Shown here: in pieces, positions 23,322-36,191 of the stretch
Numbering within the stretch: position 1 is the stretch's first letter
Layout: each line of letters begins with the position of its first letter
Source: Octopus bimaculoides
Taxonomy: Eukaryota
DNA: 64,000 bases
Assembly: GCF_001194135.2 (NCBI RefSeq)
Contig: NC_068986.1
Coordinates: 105,698,361 to 105,762,360 of the forward strand
Direction of reading: 5' to 3'
Position numbers and translations under genes: made by a program
The notes under the pieces: model-generated
What the model was told of the DNA's origin: nothing
Databases searched by the model: none
Seen by the model: the letters and a program-made list of their open reading frames with translations, nothing else

Positions 23322-23485
23322 GACGAGCTTCTTTCAGTTTCCGTCTATCAAATCTACTCAAGGCTTTGGTCGGCCCGAGGCTATAGTAGAAGACATCTGC
23401 CCAAGGTGCTTCGCAGTGGGACTGAACTCGGAACCATGTGATTGGGAAGGACGTTCTTACCACACAGCCACCCCTGTGCCTATAT
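23030..23485 (-). mobile_element. SINE family A with internal (TA)/(CA)/(GACA)/(GATA) microsatellite and a 10-N gap
   Basis: Family consensus match. Confidence 0.85.
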
Positions 23486-24059
23486 CGTTACGAATATCCC
23501 TTTAGTAATATCTCACGAAAAAGAATTATCAGTGTCATGGTAGAAAATAAACGATATTGCATTTTGGTCGAGTCAGCTCTTTGCTACTCTGAATTTGAAC
23601 TATAAACACACAAGATCTTCAGGCAAGCAGAGTCCCAGATCTTGCCTGAAGATCTGGTGTACCTGCAAGTAAAACTCAGAGTAGCAAACGGCTGACTCAA
23701 CCAAAATGATGCGCGCGTGTGTACGTGATGCGTGCGCATTTGAGTGAGTGAGGGAAGGAGGGAATGAGTGTATTCGTATTTGCCTCCGCCACGCTTGACA
23801 GCTGTTGGTCTGCTTACGTATATGTAATATAGCGGTTCGGTATACGAGTCCGATAAAATAAGCGCCAAATTTTTAAAAATAAATATTAGGACCGATCTGT
23901 TCGATAAACCCTCCAAGGCGGTGCCCCAGCATGGCCGCATTCCTGTGAAGATAGTAAATAGACGCAGAAGTAATGGATAAAAAAAAATCTCTTCATAATC
24001 ACGAAGTTCCTGGTTTGATCTCACAGCGTAACCAATCACAGGGTAACTTGTGCCATTTC

Positions 24060-24390
24060 TTCCACAAATCTCAGATCTGTAGGTAGTCATGAGTGGTACT
24101 CTTTCTCCTTTGATGGAGCCATAAAAATATCGAAGTTTAGTAAAATCAATGAAGCAGTTTAGAAAGAGAATGACCAATAACAGGGCAATATATTGGACAT
24201 GGGTAGGAGACGCTTTGGCACAGCCTCAACAAATATATATTACTAAATAAAAATTAACAAAGCACTCATTGTATGGTTGTAGATCATATGCCGCCCACCT
24301 ATAGATTCATAGGTGACGCAAAATGGGTGAAAACGCCTGGATTGTAGATTATATTAAAGCGGAAAACTGGAAGAATAGTTAACATGTCAG
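24060..24390 (+). mobile_element. Highly decayed RTE-like LINE fragment
   Basis: GTLSxDG.. and SLYGC.. resemble the RTE post-RT region. Confidence 0.35.
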
Positions 24391-24689
24391 ATAAAATGCT
24401 TAGCGGCATTTCTTCTGGCTTTTTACGTTCTGAGTTCGAATCCTACCGAAGTCAGCTTTTGCGTTTCATTCCTTCAGGGCCGATAAAATAAAGTACCAAT
24501 TGGGTTTTTGGGTTGATGTAATCGACTTGTCCCCTCTTCTCAAAAACTGTTGGTCTTCAATCCCGCAACGGACCGGCTTCCCTTTCAGGGAAGAATGTTG
24601 TAGTTTTGGCCACCTATATGCCACGGAAACCTGGTAACTGGTGGTCCGAGCCCTAAGGCTCAAGAAAAAATGGATTATAAGCACAGATA

Positions 24690-25160
24690 TTGCTAGTGTC
24701 ATTAAGAATGCCGCTCTGCAATCAAGTGGCTTTGGGTTCAATCTCATTGCGCGGCACCTTGCGCAAGTGTTTTTATCGTAGCCCTCGGCTGACCAATGCC
24801 TTTGTGGATTTGGCAGACGAAAATTGTGCGGTTGACCATCATATATATATATATATATATATACGTGTGCATGTATATGTATGTATGCGTGTATATATAG
24901 GCATTTGCATATATGTATTTATATATGTTCAATTGTACGTGTATATGTGTGTGTGCATGTGTGTGTGTTTTGAGAACAGGTGTTGGTTTCTTTATGTCTC
25001 TGTAACCAGTGATTCGGCAAAAGGAACAGCTAAAGTAAATATCACACTTCAAGTAAAAAAAAAAAAAAAAAATTACTGAAGTTAATTTATTTAATTGAAG
25101 CCATTCAAAGCAGTGCTCCAGCATGGCCACAGTCAAATGACTGAAACGTGTAAAAGCTGG
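24690..25160 (+). mobile_element. SINE family A, diverged
   Basis: Family consensus match. Confidence 0.75.
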
Positions 25161-25552
25161 TGGGTATTCACAGGCAAGTACCGTTGCTAGGAAATAAGTA
25201 AGAGATAAGGTTAGGATAATTTGTCTAACCTGTCAGAGGGGAATAAGTATTGCATATTATAAGACAGTTATTAAGGAGAGAAATCCAGTTGACCTCGCGA
25301 TTGAGGGTCAGGCCCATTGGTTCTTATTTTTATTACTGGGGTTCTATAAGAACATGGCCGTCTGGTTAAGCGGATTCGCAGTCACGAATTTCCAGAATCG
25401 GAACAACTGTTTCGTACCTTCAGTAAGTGTCCGCAATAACTTCAAGACTAAGACTTATAAATGGCTATAACACCACTTTTTTCTCTCTACTTCTCTCTTT
25501 GGTCACCCTATCTATATACATACCTACAGGAACACACACTATATATATATAC

Positions 25553-25587
<35 letters not shown>

Positions 25588-25588
25588 T

Positions 25589-25980
25589 ACCATAAATCCT
25601 CGAGTATAATTCGCATTTTTTTCCCAAAAATTTAAAGATCAAAATCCCTAGTGCGTACTATATACGAGGTTAAAAATCTAAAATATTTTCTAAGCAATGT
25701 CCGAGTCTCTATTTGCTGTCCGGCAATGATTGTTCAGACACACTTTGTGATGTCGGGCGCGAAAATACCTTAAGCTATATATATTTTTCACTGACGTTAT
25801 TACTGTTATTTCTTTATTTTCTGCAAATTGCACAAAAAAGCTACACGTTTGCATTATGTTAGATATACAATAATAATAATAAAGGACGTTACCGTATATA
25901 TGTTTACAAATCAAGGACGTTATACCGACCTCCTTGACTCAAGTTAGAGAAGGGGTGCGTATTGTACACAAGGTTTAGGT
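25589..25980. mobile_element. Degenerate pogo/Tc2-like MITE
   Basis: Weak inverted ends ccataaatcctcgagtataattcgca and tgcgtattgtacacaaggtttagg. Confidence 0.4.
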
Positions 25981-26029
25981 TTTTCAGAGGTNNNNNNNNN
26001 NTATATATATATATATATGTGTGTGTGTT

Positions 26030-26065
<36 letters not shown>

Positions 26066-26071
<6 letters not shown>

Positions 26072-26253
26072 TTGCTGAAAAGCTCCTGGTTTTGGGTAAA
26101 AAGAAATACTGGAAGATCAGTCATGATTTTATTCAGTATGTTCCCCTCTCCGATTTATACACTTATCGCAACAGTCCTTCAGTTTTTCTGAGCACTGTAA
26201 ATGAACTCGGAATGTTGGGCCTCCAACCAGGCCTTTCGCGACACCCTTAAAGC
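26066..26253 (-). mobile_element. Partial copy of the 220-bp mariner-type MITE
   Basis: Reverse complement of 41165-41382 and 43746-43966. Confidence 0.7.
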
Positions 26254-27284
26254 CCCTTCATGTTTCTTTTGCTTTTTTTATTTAGTTATTTATTCTTTAA
26301 GAACAGTAACATCATCCTTTATAGGACTGCCACATTTTATTGGCATATAAACATTACTTTCCGGTAGTGTTACTGTCTATCTCTCGCTCGCTCAGAGATT
26401 TAAAACTAGTTTTTCTCTATACGAGATCTGTGACTGTGTGTCGCTTAAGAAATATATAGTATTTGCAAGTGGAGAGAGCTTTAGTCACTAGCTTGTGGTT
26501 GTCTCACAATGAGGACAGATAACGTCCAGAAAACTAGGTCTGTGCGTATCCCACGTAAGGCTAGAGGTGGGAGCGATGACCGTCCTTGCAAATGCTATAC
26601 GGACACAAACTGTGTCGACAGCCAGCTGGAAAAGATGTTTCCTGGGGCTAAAACAACAGTAACATCGTTCTAATGGCATATAAATATGATTATCTTGTAC
26701 TGTTACTGTATATCTCTCGCTCTATACTACTTTAAAAACTGGTGATGTCTGAGACGTTTTGGCGCTGCCATTTTGGCGCTACCGTTGTGGCGCTGCCGCT
26801 TTGGCGTCGCTGACGAGACGCCGATCTATTTGGTATCAGACGTTTTACTGTTACTCTCGTTTTCGCCTTAGCTCTTTTTCTTTCTCTTTCAATTTCTCTC
26901 TCTCCGGACTTAAAATGAATACTGGGATCAATTTGTTCCATTGTTCAACCCTTTATGGTGATGCCCCAGTAAGGCCGCTTTCTAAAGACTGAAGCAAAAA
27001 AAATAATAATGTGTGTATGGGTGTGTGTACACACGTACACTCAGATAAAAGACCACAGATGCAGTCTAAAATCTACGATAGCTGTTTCAGTAGAATTTTA
27101 TTGATGTATTCATAAATTACGTCGTAACATACAGTCCATCATCTTCAGGCAGGTATATAAACAGGGGAGATAATACTCTAATGGCGATAAAACCAATCAA
27201 CATGCTGGAAAAGTGGAACTTTAAAGATTAAATTTGAATTTATAGAGGAATTAAGAGTGGCTTCTAATTTCTCTATAAATTCGG

Positions 27285-27645
27285 ACAGGCGTGGCAAGAC
27301 GCTTGCTTCCAAACCACACGGTTCCGGATTTAGTCCCACTGCATGGCACCTTGAGCAAGTGTCTTCTACTATAGCTTCAGCCGACCAAAGCCTTGTAAGT
27401 GGGTTTGGTAGACGGAAACTAAAAGAAGCTCGTCGTATGTTCATGTGCGTGTTTGTCCCCCATTACTACCTGACAATAGATATTGGTGTGTTTACGTCTC
27501 AGTAAATTAGCGGTTCGACAAAAGAGACTGATAGGATAGTACTAGGCTTTAAAAGAAAAACGAGTGGTCGATTTATTCGATTAAAACCCTCCAAGGTGGT
27601 GCTCTAGCATGGCCGCAGTCAAATGATTAAAATAAGTTAAAAGAC
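27285..27645 (+). mobile_element. SINE family A
   Basis: Family consensus match. Confidence 0.8.
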
Positions 27646-27654
27646 CGACAAACA

Positions 27655-27745
27655 GAGACCGACGGACAGATACAAACAGACAGATACACGCAGGTAGATA
27701 CACGCAGGTAGATACAAACAGGTAGATACAAACAGGTAGACAGAT
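27655..27745. repeat. 14-bp tandem repeat (caggtagatacaMR) x about 4
   Basis: Direct reading. Confidence 0.8.
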
Positions 27746-27899
27746 ATACTCCACCTTGCTTCTGTGAAACCCACTTTCGTTGACTTCCGGATATTCGTAC
27801 AAACTTTTCCTTGCAGAGACTCAGTTTGTGAAATATTCCACCTTTAAAAGAAAAAGTATTATTATTTTGATTGATATTATAATTTTTATTCTTTCTATT

Positions 27900-28945
27900 A
27901 CTGCTCTTCTTTATATTTTAATACGGCGAGATTTGCAGAATTATCATCATCATCATCATCATCATCATTATTATTATTATTATTTGATGAAAGGCAAAGT
28001 TGACTTTGTTTCTCACCCTTCCGGGGCGGCCGATAAATTAAGTATCAGTGAAACTCTGGGGTCGATATAATCGACTTATCCCCTCCCCTCAAATTATTAT
28101 TATTATTATTATTATTATTATGGCGGCGATTTGACAGAAACGTTAGCACGCCGGGTGGAATGCTCAGCAGTATTTCGTCTGCCGTTACGTTCTGAGTTCA
28201 AATTCCGCCGCGGTCAACTTCGCCTTTCATCCTTTCGGGGTCGATAAATTAAGTATCAGTTATGCACTGGGGTCGGTTTAATCGACTTAATCCCTTTGTT
28301 TGTCCCTTCTATGTTCAACCCCTTGTGGGCAATAAAGAAATAAGAAACGTTAGCACGCCGGGCGAAATGCTTAGCAGTATATCGTCCGACTTGACGTCCT
28401 AAGTTCAAATTCCGCCGAGGTCTACTTTGCGTTTCATCCTTTCGGGGTCGTTAAATTAAGTACCAGTTATGTACTAGTTCGATCTAATCGACTGGCCCTT
28501 CCCCAAAAATTTCAGGCCTTGTGTCTAGAGTAGAAAAGATTATTAATATCATTAAGGCGGTGAGCTGGCAGAATCGTTTGCAAGCAGGGCGAAATGCTTA
28601 GCGGCATTTCATCCGTCTTCACTTCCTGAGTTCAAATTCCGCCGAGGTTACCTTTGCCTTTCGGGATCGATAGATTAAGTACCAGTTGAATAATGAGGTT
28701 GATGTAATCGGCTTAACCCGTCTCCCAAAATTGCTAGCCTTGTGTCTAAATTTGAAACAATTAATATTAATGTAACGCGGCCAGTGGCAGAATCGCCAGT
28801 CACCGGACAAAATGCTTAACCAGAGACTCGACTGGGAACGACCTTGCCTTTCATTCTTCGGGGTTAGTAAGTACCAATTGGTACTGCATTCGACTGGCTT
28901 CTTCTTTAAAATTTCAAGCTTTGTGCAAGAGCAGAAAAGGCTAAC
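27900..28945 (+). mobile_element. Head-to-tail array of about 5 family B SINE monomers
   Basis: Repeated family B motif separated by (CAT)n/(ATT)n or fused directly. Confidence 0.8.
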
Positions 28946-29326
28946 TTATTCTTTGTGAAATCTAAGGGACATCAAATAACACATGCACAGACACCACGAC
29001 CTGTTTCAATTAAAGCTACACACGGTTTTATATATGTACTTGCATTCATAAGTGTGTGTACACGTCAACACATACAAGATATTATACTAAAACAGTGGTT
29101 CCCTACCGTTTTATTTAAATAAGTTTTCCTACTGACTTTCAAAAAACAAAAAAAAACATTACATTCAAATTACGATGAACGTAAACAAACAAACGAAGTC
29201 TGCTTTTAGAAGCGTTGAGATGTCTTAGAAAGTTAAAGAAGCGATTTTAAATTCTCAAACGCAGAATAATGCTAATAATATAGCCTAAACAGGATAAGCT
29301 ACTCCTATTTTGCAGAAAAAAGTGTT

Positions 29327-29405
29327 GGCGGCCGGCTATGAGACTCGAATTCATACCTCCGTGATTACGCGTTGCGGTACTTTAAACCATTAAGCTAAAC
29401 CGCCC
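29327..29405 (-). pseudogene. Degenerate tRNA-like sequence (Thr-CGT-like) or SINE head
   Basis: Cloverleaf-like fold with a TTCGAGT T-loop and a TTTTTT run a few nt downstream; anticodon stem has mismatches and U33 is lost. Confidence 0.4.
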
Positions 29406-29763
29406 TCACCACAACTCATATATATNNNNNNNNNNNNNNNNNNNNNNNNNNNNNNNNNNNNNNNNNNNNNNNNNNNNNNNNNNNNNNNNNNNNNNNNNNN
29501 NNNNNNNNNNNNNNNNNNNNNNNNNNNNNNNNNNNNNNNNNNNNNNNNNNNNNNNNNNNNNNNNNNNNNNAACGTCGACCACTAACGTGGACAATTAATG
29601 CGCTAGAAATAGATCACATCTTGTGTGACGTTATTTTTTAAAATGTACCTTAATCCCCTGAGATTGCAGATAATATTTCTGAATCTCTTTGATTCTTTAG
29701 ATGTGCTGGCCTCCTGATAATTAATCGATATTAATTAATATATGACTAATTACCAGATTTTAT

Positions 29764-29796
<33 letters not shown>

Positions 29797-29800
<4 letters not shown>

Positions 29801-30063
29801 AGGCGCGTGGCTTAGTGGTTAGGGTATTCCGATCACGATCGTGAGTTCAATTCCCGGCGATGCGTTGTGTCCTTGAGCACCACACTATTTCACGTTGCTC
29901 CAGTCTATTCAGCTTGCCACACTCTCCCCGCTGAATCTCCCCGAGAACTATGTTGAGGGTACACGTGTCTGTGGAGTGCTTACTCATTTACACGATACTT
30001 TCACGAGCAAGCTGTTCCGTTGATCGTATCAGCGGGGATCCTGGTCGTCGTAACCGACAATGC
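29797..30063 (+). mobile_element. SINE family D (D head plus C-type tail) inserted in (TA)n
   Basis: Head gaaggcgcgtggcttagtggttaggg; tail shared with family C. Confidence 0.8.
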
Positions 30064-30685
30064 TATATATATATATATATATAGTTCACAGACCCCTAGC
30101 ACGACCTTTGCGAACCACCAGGGGTCCGCGGACCCCCACTTGAGAACCACTATACTATAGAAATGATACAATGAAATTGCTAATACAAGCTAGTGAATTA
30201 TCAGTTCTGTGTGTCAATGACTTGCTCAATGCTAATAAGTGAGGAAACCTAAACGTTCTCACTCAATGCACACACATGCCAACGACATACACAGACTGAT
30301 AAACAGAAACAAACTGATAGTTACATACAATGATACATATACACACGCGCACACACATTACACACACACTGATACATGTATACACATACATAAATGCACA
30401 CGCACAGAAATCCACACTCACACACACTGTGCGTTATACATTTTCCACATCGCTCGGTTTTGTGCGCATACAAGAAGATTTCGACCACGAAACTTTGGGC
30501 TAGTGTAAGGACAGAGAAAAGGGTAAGAAAGAGTAGGAGAGAAAGTGAGGGAGGGAGACAGAATAAAGGAGGATGAGAGAGAAATGTTCTATACCAAGAC
30601 ACCTGCAAATCGTTGCTATGTTTCTATAGAATTCAGAGCCGGTACCGACAGTACTGATATTTCGCATACAATTATATATATATAT

Positions 30686-30738
<53 letters not shown>

Positions 30739-30768
30739 AAGAGAGAGNNNNNNNNNNTATATATATAT

Positions 30769-30843
<75 letters not shown>

Positions 30844-31449
30844 GTTTAGATATTGATTCAAGGTTGAATATGGTACTTATACCTTTATATGTATTATATT
30901 CTAATACATTTTATAGCCTTGTCCATGCATACTGCTTACACCTTCCCTCTCTTTAGAAGTAATTGTCCCTTATGCTATCACCACTAGATAAGAAACAATA
31001 AAATCTGAGACAGTTAGAACTTGTCTAGAATCAATTACTAGCCTGATAGACTCGGCTATGTCAAGATGGACTTATGTATTCTTCCTCACATTTGGATTTT
31101 TATGTATTTTCTCTCCCACTTGGATTTGAAATGTTGCCACATTTATCATATGTCTTTTCTACAGTAATTGTCTGCATTTTCGTGCAGCTGAAGATTGCTC
31201 TTCATATTGCATTNNNNNNNNNNNNNNNNNNNNNNNNNNNNNNNNNNNNNNNNNNNNNNNNNNNNNNNNNNNNNNNNNNNNNNNNNNNNNNNNNNNNNNN
31301 NNNNNNNNNNNNNAAAGAAAAAGTAATACACAGATATTCATGTAAAAATAAAAATAAAAATAAGCTTTATATTGTCAAATTATACAATGATATAAATCTT
31401 GAAACACGTGTACCGCAGAATCCTTTGTGTTTTTGTTGTTATTTTTTGC

Positions 31450-31488
<39 letters not shown>

Positions 31489-31565
31489 TTTGTCGCTAGC
31501 GACAGGTCACAGAAACTCAACTTTCAGGTCTTGTGCCTATAATACCTTCGCTATATATATATGTG

Positions 31566-31601
<36 letters not shown>

Positions 31602-32131
31602 CAAGCAGATAGGTCCAGACGTATATACTTCTACATAATTGTGTGTACGCGAGAGAGCACAAATGCGCGTGCGAGCGCATTAAAGAATTCATTGACAATA
31701 AATGTCAAACTAAACATTGAACGTTAAACAATGTTTGTGTTTACACGTTTATGTGTGGGTGTGTATTGGTGTATATATGTGAGGATATGTAATGTCTATT
31801 GTGTATTGAACACACACACAAATTCTTCTACATTTATAGCTGTTACTACTCTATACTCAAGTTGCCTGAGTGATGCCATGCTCTGCTTCTGCATTATATA
31901 CATACATACATATGTATATACATACATACATATGTATACACACACACACATACACGCGCGCACAAGGATATCATTCGGCCAGTTCTTGTGTAACAATTTT
32001 TTTATTTGCATAGCTTCTTTGTGTGTGTGAATCCGGCCTAGTCTATGTAAGCAATTCTTCGGGTATTTAATATCCTGTAAGTAGTTATTTGACACCTGAG
32101 TTATATATACATGTGTGTGTGTGTGTGTGTG

Positions 32132-32162
<31 letters not shown>

Positions 32163-32504
32163 NNNNNNNNNNTATATACATATATATATATATATACATG
32201 TGTGTGGGGGGGGGGCAGAGAGAGTAAAATAACCAAGTTGTCCCCTCTTCAAGCACATCTGCTTTCTCCATTATTTCAATCTAGTATGTAGTTGGTTTAG
32301 TTTTAGTATAGGTGCAAAGTACATATTAAAATTGGGAATTCTGGAAACATTACTTGTAAAACAAAGTCGGAAAATATATTACTATTATTTATTCACCATC
32401 GTTTATGTGTGTGTATGTGTGTGCACGCAATTGAAATTTACAGAAAAAGAAAAGATAGGTGTATGAGCAGCAAGCAGGTTTGACGCTCGGGTTAGTGAGA
32501 AAGT

Positions 32505-32540
32505 CTTTTACATTTCGAGCCTACGCTCTTCAGCAGAAAG
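32505..32540 (-). ncRNA. Minimal hammerhead-like motif, core variant
   Basis: CUUU-CUGCUGA-A-GAGC(GUAG)GCUC-GAAA-UGU-A-AAAG: perfect 4-bp stems I and II; A6 replaced by C. Confidence 0.5.
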
Positions 32541-32692
32541 GAATACGAGGAAATAAACAGAGGGAGAATAAAGAAAGAATTTGTGGATTTAGCAATCAAT
32601 CATGGCGACTAATTATAAAGTAAGATTCATTTGAATTAGGTACTTAAATTTAGGCACCTCTTTAGGTCGGAATCATATACACACACAACAAT

Positions 32693-33027
32693 GTTGGCAC
32701 TCCGTCGATTACGACGTCGAGGGTTCCAGTTGATACAATCAACGGAACAGCCTGCTCGTGAAATTAACGTGCAAGTAGCTGAGCACTCCACAGACACGTG
32801 TACCCTTAACGTAGTTCTCGGGGATATTCAGCGTGACACAGTGTGTAACTAGGCTGACCCTTTGAATTACAGGCACAACAGAAACAGGAAGTAAGAGTGA
32901 GAGAAAGTTGTGGTGAAAGAGTACAGCAGGGTTCGCCACCATCCCCTGCCGGAGCCTCGTGGAGCTTTAGGTGTTTTCGCTCAATAAACACTCACAACGC
33001 CCGGTCTGGGAATCGAAACCGCGATCC
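32693..33027 (-). mobile_element. SINE family C lacking the extreme 5' end
   Basis: Highly similar to 16870-17242. Confidence 0.88.
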
Positions 33028-33175
33028 ACACACGCACAACAATATTATGTAAATATCAAACTTGATAGATAGGTACCAGCTGAATGATATCCTTGTAGTG
33101 TATGTAAACAATTAGACCCAGCTGAGTGGAGAAATCTGCTCTTGAGCTAGTCAAACATATACATTATATCAAATA

Positions 33176-35689
33176 CAGGCATACCTCACCCTACGTCGTT
33201 AATTGGTTCCAGGAGACACTCCTTAAGTCAAAAAACTTGTCTCTGGGCTAAACCAGTAATAACCATTCCCAGTTCTGTACTTTATTTATGAATGCATTTT
33301 CAACATGGTTAAAAAACATTTTAAGCTTACAAACAAATAATTTTTTATTTTTAGAGTACAGTAGAAAAATGTAATCTAAATTTACGAATAAAATTTGGCG
33401 ATGTTTACCATACATCACAGACGCTTTATTTATGAATGCAGTTTTCAATAAGACATGGTAAAATAAAAGCCATTTTTAAACTTAAAAAGCAAATTCAGTA
33501 ATTATCATTATTTTGCAATAGTAAATAAAAACTAAATTACTTTAAATTTAACAATACGTACATACAATTTGGTGGTTTACATCGTTGATGTAGATGGCTG
33601 TGGATCGTCCACATCAGCAGCTAACTGGTTATTTTTGTTGTTTGATGCGCTTAAAAAAACAGTTGAGAGTTCCTTGAACCATCTTTTCCTCAAAGATTAC
33701 ATTTATAGGGAGAAAAAGCTTCGTAATAAGCCACCATAATCTTGGAAAAGCGGTGAGCATTTGGATCCATATCCTCGAACATAGAAAGCCTTATTTAGAT
33801 ATATTGAAATGCTTGAAGTATTTTCTTAATGGTAAACTGACGTGGTCCAGTCTCGACTTCTTTATTTTGCTGCTTGTGAAGCTCTTTCAACTCCTCATCC
33901 GTCAGGGGCTGCTTATCTTTTTCAAATTCTCCGCCTCCAAATCCATTTCTTTGCTCGTAGGCACCAACGTCTTGTTGATGGCAACATTATCAAACCCCTT
34001 AAAATCATTCGTGAATGTGGGTATAGCTTCTTCTGTACACCATTCGTAGCCGTCCTCTGTACACCATTCGTAGCCGTCCTCTGTACACCATTCCATACTG
34101 CTACTATGTTCCGTACATCCTTGTCGATATCGTAACTCTTCCAAAAGTCACGAGGTGTGATGGACTCATCAAGATCAGTTGCCGCTATTGCTTGCCGCAG
34201 CGTACTCTTCATATAGTAACGCTTAAAGATAGCAATTATTCCCTGATCTGTTGGCTGCGGAAGAGACGTGGTGTTCGGAGATATACGACGGTAATGTTGG
34301 GGTCAAAATCTACGATGTTTTTCAGGTGACTAGGAGCGTTATCTAAGATAAATAAAACCTTAAAAAGGAATCCCCTTCTTACAGTACTTCTCTGCTGTTG
34401 GGATAAAATGAAGGACCAATCTTCAAAAACAACAACAGTAACTCATGCTTTTGAATTAGCCATCCATATAACGGAGAGAGATGCCTTGGGTATGATCTTC
34501 AGGGCATGGGGGGTGCGCATGATACACAAGCAATGGCTTTAGCTTAAAATCTCCTGCACAATTACCTCCCAACATAATGGTCATATGTTCTTTTGAGACC
34601 TTGTCGCTTGGAATAGTTTTCTCCTCGGAAATGAATGAACCGAACCGTCTGGCAATTTTTTCCATTACAATCCAGTTTCGTCTACATTAATAATTTGTTC
34701 GGAAAGAAACCGCTTTTCTTCGATGATTTTCTTTAATACATTAGGAAATTCCGCTGCTGGTTGTTCGTCAGCTGATGCATTTTCACTTTACTTCTTAACG
34801 GAGTGATAACTTCTTCGCTACTTAAATCTCATGAACCATCCTTGACTTGCCTTGAACTCTACATCTTTCTCATCTCGATATTTTTTCTTCAGGTCCTCAA
34901 ACAAAGACAACGCTTTCTCTTGAATGATTTCTTGACAAATTGTAAGCACGTTGACGATTCAACTTAACAATTCAAAGAGAAAGACTTTCCATTTCTTCAA
35001 AGATTTTGCTTCTTTTCTTATTGATAAGAGTGTTCTTCATCCCTGGGGCTTCAGATTTGATATGTGCTAAAATCTTGTACTTATGTACAATCGTCGATAC
35101 TGTTGTCCGACTCATCTCAAAAGATCGTGCAATTGCTACCAATTTTTCACGGTATTTCATCCCAGCCAGTTTATCTTCCAGTGTTATAGCATGGCGCTTA
35201 GCACTTTTACTATGCATTTTCTTAGGAGCCATGGAGGCAAATAATAAAATCACATATGAATGAGAAAGTAGCCGATAAACAGACGTAAACAAATCTGAAT
35301 TCAAAACATTCATGAGAATCACGAGTGGCAACGATGCCTAACGGTAGATATTGGAACTACAGAGCAATACGAGCTCCGAAAGAGCGATAAATAAGACAAC
35401 ACAGCTGATTTCATGATTTCGTTCACTAAGCTACGCTACTTAATGGTGTGTATATTAACATTTACTGTACATATTTTAATGATTTTATTCTTATTTATTG
35501 TACAGTAACATGATTTTATGTGCTTTTAACGGTTTTCTAGTGATTTTACGATTCTAATATTTGTGACGGACAGACGTAAAGTCGAGCAAAATGACAACTT
35601 GATTTTTATTGTTCCATACACAATTTTTGAAAACCGACGTATAATCGAGAACGTTTTAAATCGAAACGTCTTAAGCCGAGGTATGCCTG
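33176..35689 (-). mobile_element. Full-length Tigger/pogo DNA transposon, transposase pseudogene (ATG at 35232)
   Basis: TIR caggcatacctc at both ends with TA flanks; CENP-B-like HTH (KRHAITLEDKL), NVDETGL, KLKPLLVYH, LFILDNAP, QPTDQGII; stops and frameshifts. Confidence 0.93.
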
Positions 35690-35844
35690 TATTTCTATAA
35701 TATTTACGAAGGGCAGATTCCACTCCACGGAACAAAGAATCGCTGTAAATGCTTTGCTTCGAAGATTTTAAACTTTGTTAAATAATTTTGAATGTCCCTT
35801 ATTTTAAAGTTCGTGAATCCATCTGACGAAAACGATTTCGTTCC

Positions 35845-35925
35845 TAAGTTACAGGGACGTAAACACACCAGCATCGGTTGTCAAGCGATGTTGGGGAGAC
35901 AAACACACACAACACCCAAAAACAT

Positions 35926-35991
<66 letters not shown>

Positions 35992-36145
35992 GACGGGCTT
36001 CTTTCAGTTTCCGTCTACCACAAGGCTTCGGTCGGCCTGAGGCTATAGTAGAAAACACTTGCCCACGGAGCTACGCAGTAGGACTGAACCCGGAACCATG
36101 TGGCTGGTAAGCAAGCTATTTCCCACACAGCCACTCATGCGCCTA
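35845..36145 (-). mobile_element. SINE family A
   Basis: Family consensus match. Confidence 0.82.
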
Positions 36146-36191
36146 TATATCATTATGTATACTTATATGCATATATCCTAATATATACATA

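Larger units (their letters stand above)
29093..30152. mobile_element. Putative hAT (Charlie-like) non-autonomous element with nested insertions
   Basis: Ends cagtggttccc and gagaaccacta; flanks tactaaaa and tactatag (6/8 match, possible decayed TSD). Confidence 0.45.

Noticed and set aside
27655-27745. Short tandem repeats as CRISPR-like arrays (also 57727-58359)
   Set aside because: No unique spacers, eukaryotic context, no cas genes.
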